Translations under genes and position numbers: made by a program | Source of the DNA: Planctomycetota bacterium | GTDB lineage: Bacteria > Planctomycetota > UBA1135 > UBA2386 | DNA length: 64,000 nucleotides | Direction: 5' to 3' | Assembly: GCA_046290465.1 (NCBI GenBank) | Contig: JBKAGP010000001.1 | Span: forward strand, 3,840,001-3,904,000 | Part shown: positions 1 through 8,788 of the stretch, piece after piece | How positions within the stretch are numbered: position 1 is the stretch's first letter | How the letters are laid out: each line of letters begins with the position of its first letter | Notes under the pieces: model-generated | Database searches by the model: none | What the model saw: the letters and a program-made list of their open reading frames with translations, nothing else | Told to the model about the DNA's origin: nothing

Positions 1-69
1 CGATGCCGCTCCCCTCGCCCGACCCGCACGGGTCGCGGTCGCACCCCCTACTTCCAGGTATCCACAACT

Positions 70-1749
70 ATGCTCAGCACTACTCTGCTCAACGTTCTCG
101 CCTTCCTGCCCCAGGGCGGCCAGGGCGCCTCGACGGCCCCGGTCGTCATCAACGAGTTCAGCTACGACGATTCGAGCGGCGACGACTTCGAGTTCGTCGA
201 GCTCTACAACCGCAGCGCCGCGCCGGTCGATCTCAGCAACTGGTCGCTGGTCGGCGACGACTCGAACGGCGTCAACTTCACCGAGGTCCTGCCGGCCGGC
301 ACGATCCTGAACCCGGGCGACTACCTCGTCATCGGCGACGCCAACGTCCCGAACGTCGACATCGTGCGCGCGTCGGGCTTCCTGCAGAACAGCGACGAGT
401 CGATCACCCTGTTCGACGACTCGCAGAACCTCATCGACACGCTGATCTACGAGTCGAACAAGAGCGTCTTCAACGCCACTCTGGTCGAAGGCGAAGGCCT
501 GTGGGGCAACTTCATGCTGGTCGAGGGCAACGAGACCACCTGGTCGCGCTTCCGTGACGGCTTCGACTCGAACGACAACGGCAACGACTTCCGTCTGCAG
601 CCGTGGTCGCCGGGCACGAGCAACAACCTCCCCTACCAGCCGCAGGTCGTCGAGGCCTTCGACGGCCTGACGGTCGGCGCCGACGTGCCCGGCTGGGGCA
701 GCTCGTTCGTCAACCCGCGCGTCATCGACCCGACGCTGATCGACGGCAACAACCCCAACGCCATCCCGGTGTCGCCGCAGGGCGCCAACGCCGGCATCCT
801 CTGGGATCCGTCGGGCGGCGGCGACCACGGCATGCTGATCGCCGATCCGGGCAAGAACGGCAGCTTCGAGGCCTACGTCTACATCGCCTCGGCGCAGCTC
901 CCGGTCACCGAACTGGAGATGTGGTCGGTCGGCTTCGGCACGTCCGGCACCTTCTACAACTTCCCCGACCCGACCGCCGCGCTCGGCTTCACCGCCAACG
1001 GCAACACCGGCGTCACCTGGACGTTCGTCCGTGACGAGTTCGGCGCCAACATCTACCTGATCGACCACAACAACGGCGGCCTCGGCGGCAACGCGATCAG
1101 CAACGCCACCGTCATCGGCACCGTGGCGATCGCCTCGGGCGTCAACGACGGCTGGCAGCGCCTGCGCCTCGAGATCAACGGCGGCAACGTCACGGCCCGC
1201 TTCGGCGGCACCTATGGCGTCGCCGACGGCACGGTGTTCACGACCACGGTCGACGACATCGACCGCGGCCTCTACGCCAGCTACCGCGAAGGCCTGACGG
1301 TCAACGCCGACGCCCGCCCGTTCACGTGGGACCTGATGACGTTCACGAGCGAAGGCTCGGCGCGCGCCACCGCCTACGGCGTCGGCTGCGACAACCTGAC
1401 CCTGACGACGACCGGCGCCCCGACGATCGGCAACAACACGTTCTCGCTCGAGGTCAACAACGTCGGTGCGGTCCCGATCGCGCTGGTCGGCTTCGGCACG
1501 ACGGCCGTCAACCCGGGCCTCGACCTGACCGCCGTCGGCATGGCCGGCTGCTTCGGCTACACGTCGCTCGACATCGGCCTGTTCCAGACCTCGCCGGTCG
1601 TCGCCGGCACCGGCTCGCTGCCGCTGCCGATCCCGAACTCGGCCACGTTCATCGGCTCGACGTTCTCGGCGCAAGGCGTCGCCTTCTCGCCGACCACGTC
1701 GCTCGGCCTGTCGTCGTCGAACGGCATCGACATGTTCTTCGGCCTCTAG
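70..1749 (+). CDS. Secreted lamin-tail-domain (LTD) protein with conserved C-terminal tail domain
   Basis: 559-aa ORF with strong GC3 bias. N-terminal VVINEFSYD...FEFVELYN...VDLSNWSL...LQNSDESITL is typical of LTD. The C-terminal domain is shared with the ELWxxDGT protein at 14710-17754. Confidence 0.8.
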   Translation: MLSTTLLNVLAFLPQGGQGASTAPVVINEFSYDDSSGDDFEFVELYNRSAAPVDLSNWSLVGDDSNGVNFTEVLPAGTILNPGDYLVIGDANVPNVDIVRASGFLQNSDESITLFDDSQNLIDTLIYESNKSVFNATLVEGEGLWGNFMLVEGNETTWSRFRDGFDSNDNGNDFRLQPWSPGTSNNLPYQPQVVEAFDGLTVGADVPGWGSSFVNPRVIDPTLIDGNNPNAIPVSPQGANAGILWDPSGGGDHGMLIADPGKNGSFEAYVYIASAQLPVTELEMWSVGFGTSGTFYNFPDPTAALGFTANGNTGVTWTFVRDEFGANIYLIDHNNGGLGGNAISNATVIGTVAIASGVNDGWQRLRLEINGGNVTARFGGTYGVADGTVFTTTVDDIDRGLYASYREGLTVNADARPFTWDLMTFTSEGSARATAYGVGCDNLTLTTTGAPTIGNNTFSLEVNNVGAVPIALVGFGTTAVNPGLDLTAVGMAGCFGYTSLDIGLFQTSPVVAGTGSLPLPIPNSATFIGSTFSAQGVAFSPTTSLGLSSSNGIDMFFGL

Positions 1750-1766
1750 GCCGGAGAACGTTCGGG

Positions 1767-1949
1767 CGCGGCCCTAGAGGCCGCGTTTTGGCGCCAGGGC
1801 GTCCGACGCGGCCCTCAAGGCCGCGTTTTGGCGCCAGGGCGTCCGACGCGGCCCTAAAGGCCGCGTTTTGGCGCCAGGGCGTCCGACGCGGCCCTCAAGG
1901 CCGCGTTTTGGCGCCAGGGCGTCCGACGCGGCCTGAAGGCCGCGTTTTG
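1767..1949. repeat. Tandem array of a 40-bp palindromic unit (4 full copies + 1 partial), REP/BIME-like
   Basis: Unit CGCGGCC-ctnna-GGCCGCG-TTTTGGCGCCAGGGCGTCCGA starts at 1767, 1807, 1847 and 1887, with a partial copy at 1927. Each unit has a 7-bp stem followed by TTTT. Confidence 0.95.
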
Positions 1950-3012
1950 TCACCAAGTACACCGCGAAGCTGCCGAGCCAATGCCCGCCTTCGTAGTGCT
2001 CCCCGGTGACCGCCGCGAGCCCGGCGTCGCGGTGCGCGCGCGCCGCGCGTAGCACCGCCGCAGTGCGCGGGTCGTCCTTGCCGAGCCCCTGCGCGATGCC
2101 TTCGAGCATCCACGCGCGCGCGAGATTGAGGCCGTCGAGGTGCGCGAGCTTGCCGTCGGACTTGTCGGTCACGACCGCCGGCGCCATCGCAAACCTCTGG
2201 TCGAGACCCGGCAGGAAGCCGCCGAGCCACTCGGCGAACGCACCGCGCACAAGCACCCGTCGCATCAGGTCCGCCTCGGCGAGCCCCGGCGACAGGAAGT
2301 CCTGGCCACCGGGCTCGAACGACAGGTTCCAGCCGCGGTCGCCGCCGTAGAACGCCTTGGCCCGCGCGACCAGCAGCTGCTCGAACTCGCGGTCGCCGAC
2401 GGCGCGCGCCCAGTCGAGCATCAACCCCATCGCAAACGCCGTCTGGCTGTGCTCGCCGGTGCGGATCGGATGGCTCAGCTTGGGAAACCACGCGACCAGC
2501 CGTTGGCGTGCGGCGCGACTCAACGGCGCCAGCGCCGCGGCCCAGCCGCGCGCCTCGTCGTCGTCCCAACCACGCAGCTCGGCGTCGAGCTGCAGCAGCC
2601 ACGCGAGTCCGTAGGGACGTTCGAACGAGGCCCGGCCCGCGCCTTCGAGGTAGGCGACTTCGGCGGCGAGGTTCTGCTCGGTCAGCGAACGCCGCAGCGC
2701 CGCGCGCGCCCGCGCGGCGAACGGCGCGTCCGGATACGTGCGCGCGAGCCGCGCCAGCAGCCAGTGCCCGTGCACCGACGAGTGCCAGTCGTAGCAGCCG
2801 TAGAACGCCGGCGTCAGCTCGTGCGGCTCGGCGACGTCGTCGGGCGAACGCAGCACGTGGCTGATCTTGTTGGGATACTCGCGATGCACGCAGTCGAGCG
2901 CGAGTGCGGCGAAGCGCGCCGCGGCGGCAGCCGGAAACGGCCGGGGCGCCTGGGCGCACGCCGACGCCAGCAGGGCCAGCGCACCGAGCGCAGGGGAGGT
3001 GGCTAGTCGCAT
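1774..3012 (-). CDS. DUF2891 family protein (probable lipoprotein)
   Basis: Motifs EYPNK, PAFYGCYDWHSSVHGHW, FERPYGLAW, GEHSQTAF, EPGGQDFLSP, HLDGLN, YEGGHWL. LLASAC lipobox. ATG at 3012 overlaps the upstream stop. The C-terminus runs through the 40-bp repeat. Confidence 0.85.
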   Translation of the reverse strand: MRLATSPALGALALLASACAQAPRPFPAAAAARFAALALDCVHREYPNKISHVLRSPDDVAEPHELTPAFYGCYDWHSSVHGHWLLARLARTYPDAPFAARARAALRRSLTEQNLAAEVAYLEGAGRASFERPYGLAWLLQLDAELRGWDDDEARGWAAALAPLSRAARQRLVAWFPKLSHPIRTGEHSQTAFAMGLMLDWARAVGDREFEQLLVARAKAFYGGDRGWNLSFEPGGQDFLSPGLAEADLMRRVLVRGAFAEWLGGFLPGLDQRFAMAPAVVTDKSDGKLAHLDGLNLARAWMLEGIAQGLGKDDPRTAAVLRAARAHRDAGLAAVTGEHYEGGHWLGSFAVYLVTKRGLQAASDALAPKRGLEGRVGRPGAKTRPLGPRRTPWRQNAALRAASDALAPKRGL

Positions 3013-4097
3013 GGTTGCTTCTGCTTGTCGCGCAGCCGCAGCTGGCCGCACGCGGCGTCGGCATCGGAGCCGGCCGAGTCGCGGATCTTGGCGAGGATCC
3101 CGAGCGCGTTGACGCGCTGCACGATCTCGACGATGCGCGCCCGCGGTGGCGACACGAACGGCACGCCGTCGACCGCGTTGTACTTGATGAAGTTGACGTA
3201 GCCGCGCACGCCGCGCAGCAGGTCGACCAGCAGGTCGACGTCGTCGTCGCCGTCGTTGACGCCTTCGAGCAGCGTGTACTCGAACTGGATCGGCGTGCCG
3301 ACTGCGCGACTGTAGCGATCAGCGGCCGCGACGATGTCCTCGAGGCGGTCCTTGTGCGCGCGCGGTAGCAGCTCGCGGCGCACGTCTTCCTTCGGCGTGT
3401 GGATCGACAGCGCCAGGCACGGCCGCGCATCCGCCGCCAGCATGCGTTCGATCGCGTGCACGCCACCGACCGTCGACAGCGTCTGCCGCTTGGCGGACAT
3501 ACCGAGTTCGTCGCGCAGCCGCGCAACCGCCGTGAGCACGTTGTCGAGGTTGTGCGACGGCTCGCCCATGCCCATGTAGACGACGCGGCCGATCCGCATC
3601 TCCGCGCGCGCATGCACGACCTGTTCGACGATCTCGTCGGGCGTCAGGTGGCGCTCGACCCCGAACATGCCGGACGCGCAGAAGCGGCAGCCGACCGCGC
3701 AGCCGACCTGCGTCGAGACGCAGCACGCGCCGACGGGCATCGCGACGCTCTCGACGCGCCGGCCGTCCTGCAGCTGGACCAGCAGCTTGACGGTGCCGTC
3801 GGTCGAACGGGTGCGCTCGACGACCGAGGTGACCAGGCCGTGGTCCAGCCACTGCTGCACGAGGTCCCACTCGCGCTGCGACAGCCGCAGGCCGCGCCGG
3901 TCGAACTCGTGCTCGGTGACCCGTTCGCCGAGCGCGACCAGCCGGCGTGCCAGCAGGGTCTTCTCGCGCGACAGGACCTGGCCGAGACCGGACAGGCCGG
4001 AGCCAACCAGACTGGAGCCGACCAGATCGGAGCCCACCAGGGTGGAGCCGACCAGGTTGGGGGTCGCAGCGGACTGGTCGGGAGAACTGGAGGTCAT
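3003..4097 (-). CDS. RlmN/Cfr-family radical SAM RNA methyltransferase
   Basis: CVSTQVGCAVGCRFC (CxxxCxxC), MGMGEP, LSIH, EYTLLEGVND, AACGQL. Start uncertain. Confidence 0.9.
   Translation of the reverse strand: MTSSSPDQSAATPNLVGSTLVGSDLVGSSLVGSGLSGLGQVLSREKTLLARRLVALGERVTEHEFDRRGLRLSQREWDLVQQWLDHGLVTSVVERTRSTDGTVKLLVQLQDGRRVESVAMPVGACCVSTQVGCAVGCRFCASGMFGVERHLTPDEIVEQVVHARAEMRIGRVVYMGMGEPSHNLDNVLTAVARLRDELGMSAKRQTLSTVGGVHAIERMLAADARPCLALSIHTPKEDVRRELLPRAHKDRLEDIVAAADRYSRAVGTPIQFEYTLLEGVNDGDDDVDLLVDLLRGVRGYVNFIKYNAVDGVPFVSPPRARIVEIVQRVNALGILAKIRDSAGSDADAACGQLRLRDKQKQPCD
3999..4058. repeat. 4 x 15-bp imperfect tandem repeat encoding LVGS(T/D/S/G)
   Basis: ggagccaaccagact / ggagccgaccagatc / ggagcccaccagggt / ggagccgaccaggtt. 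Confidence 0.85.
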
Positions 4098-4216
4098 GGG
4101 CGGCGGGATCGCGGCGGCACAGGGTGCCAGGGTGCGGCGGGCCGCGCAATCGGGCGGCCCCACCGCCGTCGGGACGCACCGCCGCTGCTTCGCCAGAAAA
4201 GTCCCAGCGTCAATAC

Positions 4217-4245
4217 TTGACTAGTCATGCTTATCGGCCGATACT
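4217..4245 (+). promoter_or_regulatory. Sigma70-type promoter for marR overlapped by a palindromic operator
   Basis: TTGACT (4217-4222), 17-bp spacer, GATACT (4240-4245), then 6 nt to the GTG start. Palindrome TGACTAGTCA overlaps the -35 box. Confidence 0.7.
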
Positions 4246-4251
4246 GCCCGC

Positions 4252-4764
4252 GTGGCCCGTGACCCCGAACAACCGCAGAGCGTCCAGGAGGCGATCCAGC
4301 AGACCCAGCCGTTCCGCAGCCGGCGGCACGAAGCGATGATCGGGCTGCTGCTGACCGCCCAGGAGCTGATGCGGCCGATGCAGGAGCTGCTCGCCGAGCA
4401 CGACGGGCTCACCCACCAGCAGTACAACGTGCTTCGTATCCTTCGTGGCAGCAAGGACATCGGCTTGCCGACCCTCGAGATCGCCGAACGCATGATCGAG
4501 CGCACCCCGGGCGTGACCCGGCTGATCGACCGCCTCGAGAAGAAGGGCCTGGTCCGCCGCGAGCGCTCCAGCCAGGACCGCCGCCAGGTGTTCTGCCACC
4601 TGACCCAGGCCGGCGACGAGCTGCTCGCCCGACTCGACGGCCCCGTCGATGCGCTCGACGACGTGCTACTGCGCGGCCTCGACGACCAGGAGGTGCAGAC
4701 GCTGATCGCGACGCTCGATCGCCTGCGCCACGACGCCCGAACCCGCGGCCCCGTGCCGCAGTGA
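4252..4764 (+). CDS. MarR family transcriptional regulator
   Basis: LTHQQYNVLRILRG...EIAERMIERTPGVTRLIDRLEKKGLVRR...DRRQV...LT wHTH pattern. Confidence 0.92.
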   Translation: MARDPEQPQSVQEAIQQTQPFRSRRHEAMIGLLLTAQELMRPMQELLAEHDGLTHQQYNVLRILRGSKDIGLPTLEIAERMIERTPGVTRLIDRLEKKGLVRRERSSQDRRQVFCHLTQAGDELLARLDGPVDALDDVLLRGLDDQEVQTLIATLDRLRHDARTRGPVPQ

Positions 4765-4807
4765 CCCTTCCCCTTTCGAATCGACCGACCCGAACCACGG
4801 AGATATC

Positions 4808-4820
4808 CATGACTAGTCAA
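4808..4820. promoter_or_regulatory. Second copy of the putative MarR operator, over the doxX start codon
   Basis: CATGACTAGTCAA is the exact reverse complement of TTGACTAGTCATG at 4217-4229. Confidence 0.65.
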
Positions 4821-5303
4821 TCGTTGCCCGTTGAAGCTTCCGCCGGCCAGACCGGCCTGCTCGCCCGCCTGCTCGCCAGCCGCCCGACCCTCGCGCCGGT
4901 CGCGCTGCGCACCACGCTCGCCGTCGTGATGTTCCCGCACGGCGCGCAGAAGGTGCTCGGCTGGTTCGGCGGCTACGGCTGGAGCGGCACGATGGGCTTC
5001 TTCACCGAGCAGATGGGCATGCCGTCGTTTGCAGCGGCGGGCGTGATCCTGCTCGAGTTCCTCGGGCCGCTGCTGCTGCTCGCCGGCCTCGGCACCCGCG
5101 CCGTCGCGCTCGGCTTCGTCGGCATCATGATCGGCGCCATCGCGACCGTGCACGGCAGCGAAGGCTTCTTCATGAACTGGACCGGCCAGCAGACCGGCGA
5201 GGGCTTCGAGTACCACCTGCTGGTGATCGGCATGTCGCTCGCGCTGGTGTTCGCCGGCGGCGGCCGTTGGTCGCTCGATCGCAGGCTCGCGTCGCGCGGC
5301 TGA
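4809..5303 (+). CDS. DoxX family membrane protein
   Basis: LR...MFPHGAQKVLGWFGG, EFLG...GLGTR, GFFMNW...GEGFEYHL, GGGRWSLD. GGAGA RBS upstream. Confidence 0.92.
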   Translation: MTSQSLPVEASAGQTGLLARLLASRPTLAPVALRTTLAVVMFPHGAQKVLGWFGGYGWSGTMGFFTEQMGMPSFAAAGVILLEFLGPLLLLAGLGTRAVALGFVGIMIGAIATVHGSEGFFMNWTGQQTGEGFEYHLLVIGMSLALVFAGGGRWSLDRRLASRG

Positions 5304-5376
5304 GCTGCCGACGACCGCGTCGGCGTCAGGGCAACTTGCCCCTGTGCGTGCCTGCGCCATCTGCTCTAGTGCTCGC

Positions 5377-6282
5377 ATGAAGAACGCATCGACGAAGGCC
5401 GCGCTCGCGGCCTTGCTCTGCATCGCGACCGCCTGCGGCACCGACACAGACGCCGCTCCGAAGGTGCTGCGCGTCTCCGGCATCCCCGACAGCAAGGGCA
5501 CCGAGATCGATGCGCTCGCCAAGGCCGTCGAGAGCTACCTCGGCAAGGAGCTCGGCATGAAGGTCGAGTACATCAACGCCACCAACTACGACGCGGCGGT
5601 GACGATGATGGGCTCCAACAAGATCGACCTCGGCTGGTTCGGTGGCGTCACCGGCGTCGACGCGGTCGACGCCTGCGAGGGCAAGGCGCGCATGATCGCG
5701 ACGCGCGAGAAGGACCTGAAGTTCAAGACCTACTTCATCGCCAACCGCGCCGTCGTCGACGCCGGCAAGGTCGCCCCGGTCGAGAGCCTCGAGGAGCTGA
5801 AGCCGAAGCTGAAGGACCTGTCGTTCACGTTCGGCAGCCTGCGCTCGACCTCGGGCCACATCATGCCGCGCCACTTCATGGTGGCTGCCGGCATCGACGC
5901 CGACAAGGACCCCAAGGGCGGCGCCAAGAACCAGAAGAACCACGACCTCACGCTCGACATGGTCGCCGACGGCCGCGTCGACGTCGGCGCGCTCAACTAC
6001 ACCAACTACGAGACCGCCAGCGACGAGAAGAAGCAGCAGGCGGTCAAGATCTACGAGACCCCGACCTACGTCGACTACTGCATGGTCGCGCGCGACACGC
6101 TCGGCGACGAGCTGATCGGCAAGATCCAGGCGGCGTTCACCCGGCTCGACCCGAACAATGCGGAGCACAAGGCGATGCTCGACGCGTTCAAGGCCGAGAA
6201 GTTCGTCGCCGCCGAGTCGTCGCAGTGGCAGATGATCCGCGACGTCATGAAGGGGCTGAAGGACAAGGGTCTGCTCAAGTAA
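5377..6282 (+). CDS. phnD: Phosphate/phosphonate-family ABC transporter substrate-binding lipoprotein (PhnD-like; resembles the putative selenate-binding clade)
   Basis: Lipobox IATAC. Motifs IDLGWFGG, FGSLRSTSGHIMP, NHD, DVGALN, TPTYVDY. First gene of a three-gene ABC operon. Confidence 0.8.
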   Translation: MKNASTKAALAALLCIATACGTDTDAAPKVLRVSGIPDSKGTEIDALAKAVESYLGKELGMKVEYINATNYDAAVTMMGSNKIDLGWFGGVTGVDAVDACEGKARMIATREKDLKFKTYFIANRAVVDAGKVAPVESLEELKPKLKDLSFTFGSLRSTSGHIMPRHFMVAAGIDADKDPKGGAKNQKNHDLTLDMVADGRVDVGALNYTNYETASDEKKQQAVKIYETPTYVDYCMVARDTLGDELIGKIQAAFTRLDPNNAEHKAMLDAFKAEKFVAAESSQWQMIRDVMKGLKDKGLLK

Positions 6283-6293
6283 CCTGGGCCGAC

Positions 6294-7106
6294 GTGTCCA
6301 CGCCGGCTCCGACCCCCGCGACCGATCAGGTGACCGCGCTCGAACTGCGCGGCGCCACCGTGCGCGCCGGCGGCCGCGCGATCCTCGACGGCGTCGACCT
6401 CGCGATCTCCGCGGGCGAGAAGGTCGCCCTGATCGGCCCTTCGGGATCCGGCAAGACGACGCTGCTGCGCCTGCTCGGCGCGAGCCTGTGGGCCGATGCC
6501 GGCAGCGTGCACACGCTCGGCCAACGGCCGGACACGCTGCACGGCCGCGCGCTGCGCCACCACCGACGCCGGATCGCGTTCCTGCGGCAACAGGACAACC
6601 TGATCCCGCCGCTGCGCGTAGCCCACAACGTGCTGATGGGGCGCCTGGGCCGATGGTCGCCGCTGCGCGCCGCCTGGAACCTGATCTGGCCCGGAGAGCT
6701 CGACCGCGCCCGCCAGGCGCTGCGACGGGTCGAACTCGAGGACCGGCTGTGGGCGCTGCCCGACGAACTCTCCGGCGGCGAACGGCAGCGCGTCGCGATC
6801 GCGCGCATCGTCGTGCAGGAGCCCGATGCGATCCTCGCCGACGAACCGGTCAGCGCGCTCGACATCCGCCTCGGCCAGCAGGTCGTCGACCTGCTGATGG
6901 CGCTCGCGGACGAACGCGCGGCGACGCTGCTGGTCAGCCTGCACAGCCTCGACCTGCTGCACCGCGGCTTCGACCGCGTCGTCGCCCTGCGCGCCGGTCG
7001 CCTGCACTGGCAGGGCACCCCGGCCGAGCTCGACGAGGCAACGCTGCGCGACGTCTACGGCGCGGAGTTCCAGCGCCTGGACCTGGCCGGGGTCCGCGAA
7101 GCTTGA
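6294..7106 (+). CDS. phnC: ABC transporter ATP-binding protein (PhnC-like)
   Basis: Walker A GPSGSGKT, NVLMGRLG, LSGGERQRVAIAR, ILADEPVSALD, VSLH. GTG start at 6294 inferred. Confidence 0.88.
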   Translation: MSTPAPTPATDQVTALELRGATVRAGGRAILDGVDLAISAGEKVALIGPSGSGKTTLLRLLGASLWADAGSVHTLGQRPDTLHGRALRHHRRRIAFLRQQDNLIPPLRVAHNVLMGRLGRWSPLRAAWNLIWPGELDRARQALRRVELEDRLWALPDELSGGERQRVAIARIVVQEPDAILADEPVSALDIRLGQQVVDLLMALADERAATLLVSLHSLDLLHRGFDRVVALRAGRLHWQGTPAELDEATLRDVYGAEFQRLDLAGVREA

Positions 7107-8782
7107 GCCGCTCGCCGTCGCTCCGCCCGCTGCGGCCGTACCGGGTCTGGTTCGCGCTCGTCGTCGCCGCCGCGCTGAGCGTCGCCGTGCTGCCGTGGGA
7201 CCTGAGCCATCTGGCGACCGCCGAGGGCTGGACGTCCGCGTGGGCGCGCGTCGACACGTTCGTCGAGGGCTTCGCGCCGCCGGACCTGTCGCGGAGCACG
7301 CTCACGCTCGCGACCGACCTCGCGCTCGAGACGCTCGCCATCGCCGTGCTCGGCGTCGGTCTCGGCCTGCTGCTCGCCTACCCGCTGGCAGTGCTCGCGA
7401 GCGCAGCGACCCTCGACGACGGCAGCCGCCCGGTCGGCTGGCGCGCGGCGCTCCGCGCCACCGTGCGCGAGTCGTTCCGCTTCGTGCTCGACGCGCTGCG
7501 CGGCGTCCCGGACTTCGCCTGGGCGCTGGTGCTGCTGACGATCTTCGGCCCGACCGCGGTCACCGCGGTGCTCGCGATCGCCGTGCACGTCGCCGGCATC
7601 CTCGGCAAGATCCTCAGCGAGCTGTGGGATGGCGTGCCGCGCATCCACGGCGAAGTGCTGCGCGGCACCGGCGCCACGCGCCTGCAGGTCCTGCTGTACG
7701 GCAGCCAGCCGCTGGCCGGCCGCGGCATGCTGTCGTTCTTGTTGATGCGGTTCGAATGCGCCGTCCGCAACGCGTCGGTGATCGGCGCCGTCTGCGGCGG
7801 CGGGCTCGGGGGCGCGATCATGCAGGAGCTCAGCTTCGGCAACAAACAGCGCGCCGTCACCCTGCTGCTCGCCGCGCTGGTCGTGACCGTCAGCGCCGAC
7901 TTCGCGAGCAACACGCTGCGCCGGCTGCTGCGCCAGGAACGCAGCAGCTCGCTGCAGCAGGCGCGCCGCCGTCGCCAGCTCGCCGGCCTGGCGATCGCGA
8001 CCGCCATCGCGCTCAGCCTGTTCGCGATCCGCGCGCCGATCCTCGACCTCGGGCAGGAGCTCGCCCGCCTCGACCTGCGCTACCTGCGCCAGCACTACGG
8101 CCAGCTGCTGCTGCCGGATCTGAGCGCCGAGACCCTCGGCGACGCGCTGCGCGGATTGGTCGTGCCGCTCGCCCTCGGCGTGCTCGCGACCATCGCCGCA
8201 TCGGCGATCGCAGCGGCGATGGCGTGGTGGGGCTCGGCTTCATTCCAGCTGCACTCGCAGCGGTTCGCTCCCGAACGGCGCTCGCTGCCCGTGCGCGCCT
8301 GGCGCACCGCGCTGGTGCTGGCGATGCGGGTCGGCTCCGCCGTGCTGCGCGGCATCCCCGAGGTCGCGTGGGTCTGGATCCTGGCGCTGTTCTTCCTGAC
8401 CGGGGTCGAGGCGGCGCTCGGCGCGCTGGTGCTGCACAGCGCCGGCCTGCTGGCACGCGTGTTCACCGAGACCGTCGACAACATCCCGTATCGCCGCCTC
8501 GAGGACGTCAGCGCGCCGGGCCGCGGCACGGCGTTCGTCTACGGCGCGCTGCCGTTGAGCCGCTCCGACTGGCGCACCTACGCGCTGTTCCAGTTCGAGT
8601 CCAACGTGCGCACCGGCGTCGTGCTCGGCATCGTCGGGATCGGCGGCATCGGCTACCTGTTCCGTGCGTCGCTCGCGCATGGCGCGATGAACCGGGCGTC
8701 GACGTTCCTGCTGGCCACCGTGCTGTTGACGGTGGCTATCGACCGGATCTCGCGCCGGATCCAGCGCGGTCCGCGCTGCTAG
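7103..8782 (+). CDS. phnE: Fused double PhnE/PtxC-type ABC permease
   Basis: Two permease repeats: LRGVPD...RFECAVRNASVIGAVCGGGLG and LRGIPE...QFESNVRTGVVLGIVGIGGIG. TTG start overlapping the phnC stop is inferred. Confidence 0.85.
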   Translation: MSRSPSLRPLRPYRVWFALVVAAALSVAVLPWDLSHLATAEGWTSAWARVDTFVEGFAPPDLSRSTLTLATDLALETLAIAVLGVGLGLLLAYPLAVLASAATLDDGSRPVGWRAALRATVRESFRFVLDALRGVPDFAWALVLLTIFGPTAVTAVLAIAVHVAGILGKILSELWDGVPRIHGEVLRGTGATRLQVLLYGSQPLAGRGMLSFLLMRFECAVRNASVIGAVCGGGLGGAIMQELSFGNKQRAVTLLLAALVVTVSADFASNTLRRLLRQERSSSLQQARRRRQLAGLAIATAIALSLFAIRAPILDLGQELARLDLRYLRQHYGQLLLPDLSAETLGDALRGLVVPLALGVLATIAASAIAAAMAWWGSASFQLHSQRFAPERRSLPVRAWRTALVLAMRVGSAVLRGIPEVAWVWILALFFLTGVEAALGALVLHSAGLLARVFTETVDNIPYRRLEDVSAPGRGTAFVYGALPLSRSDWRTYALFQFESNVRTGVVLGIVGIGGIGYLFRASLAHGAMNRASTFLLATVLLTVAIDRISRRIQRGPRC

Positions 8783-8788
8783 GAGCGC

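Noticed and set aside
1767..1949. 40-bp repeats as a CRISPR array
   Set aside because: The units are contiguous with no unique spacers, and no cas genes are present in the window.
3003..4097. Cfr antibiotic-resistance methyltransferase
   Set aside because: The motifs are shared across the RlmN/Cfr family. Nothing visible specifically indicates Cfr, and there is no mobile context; a phylogeny would be needed.
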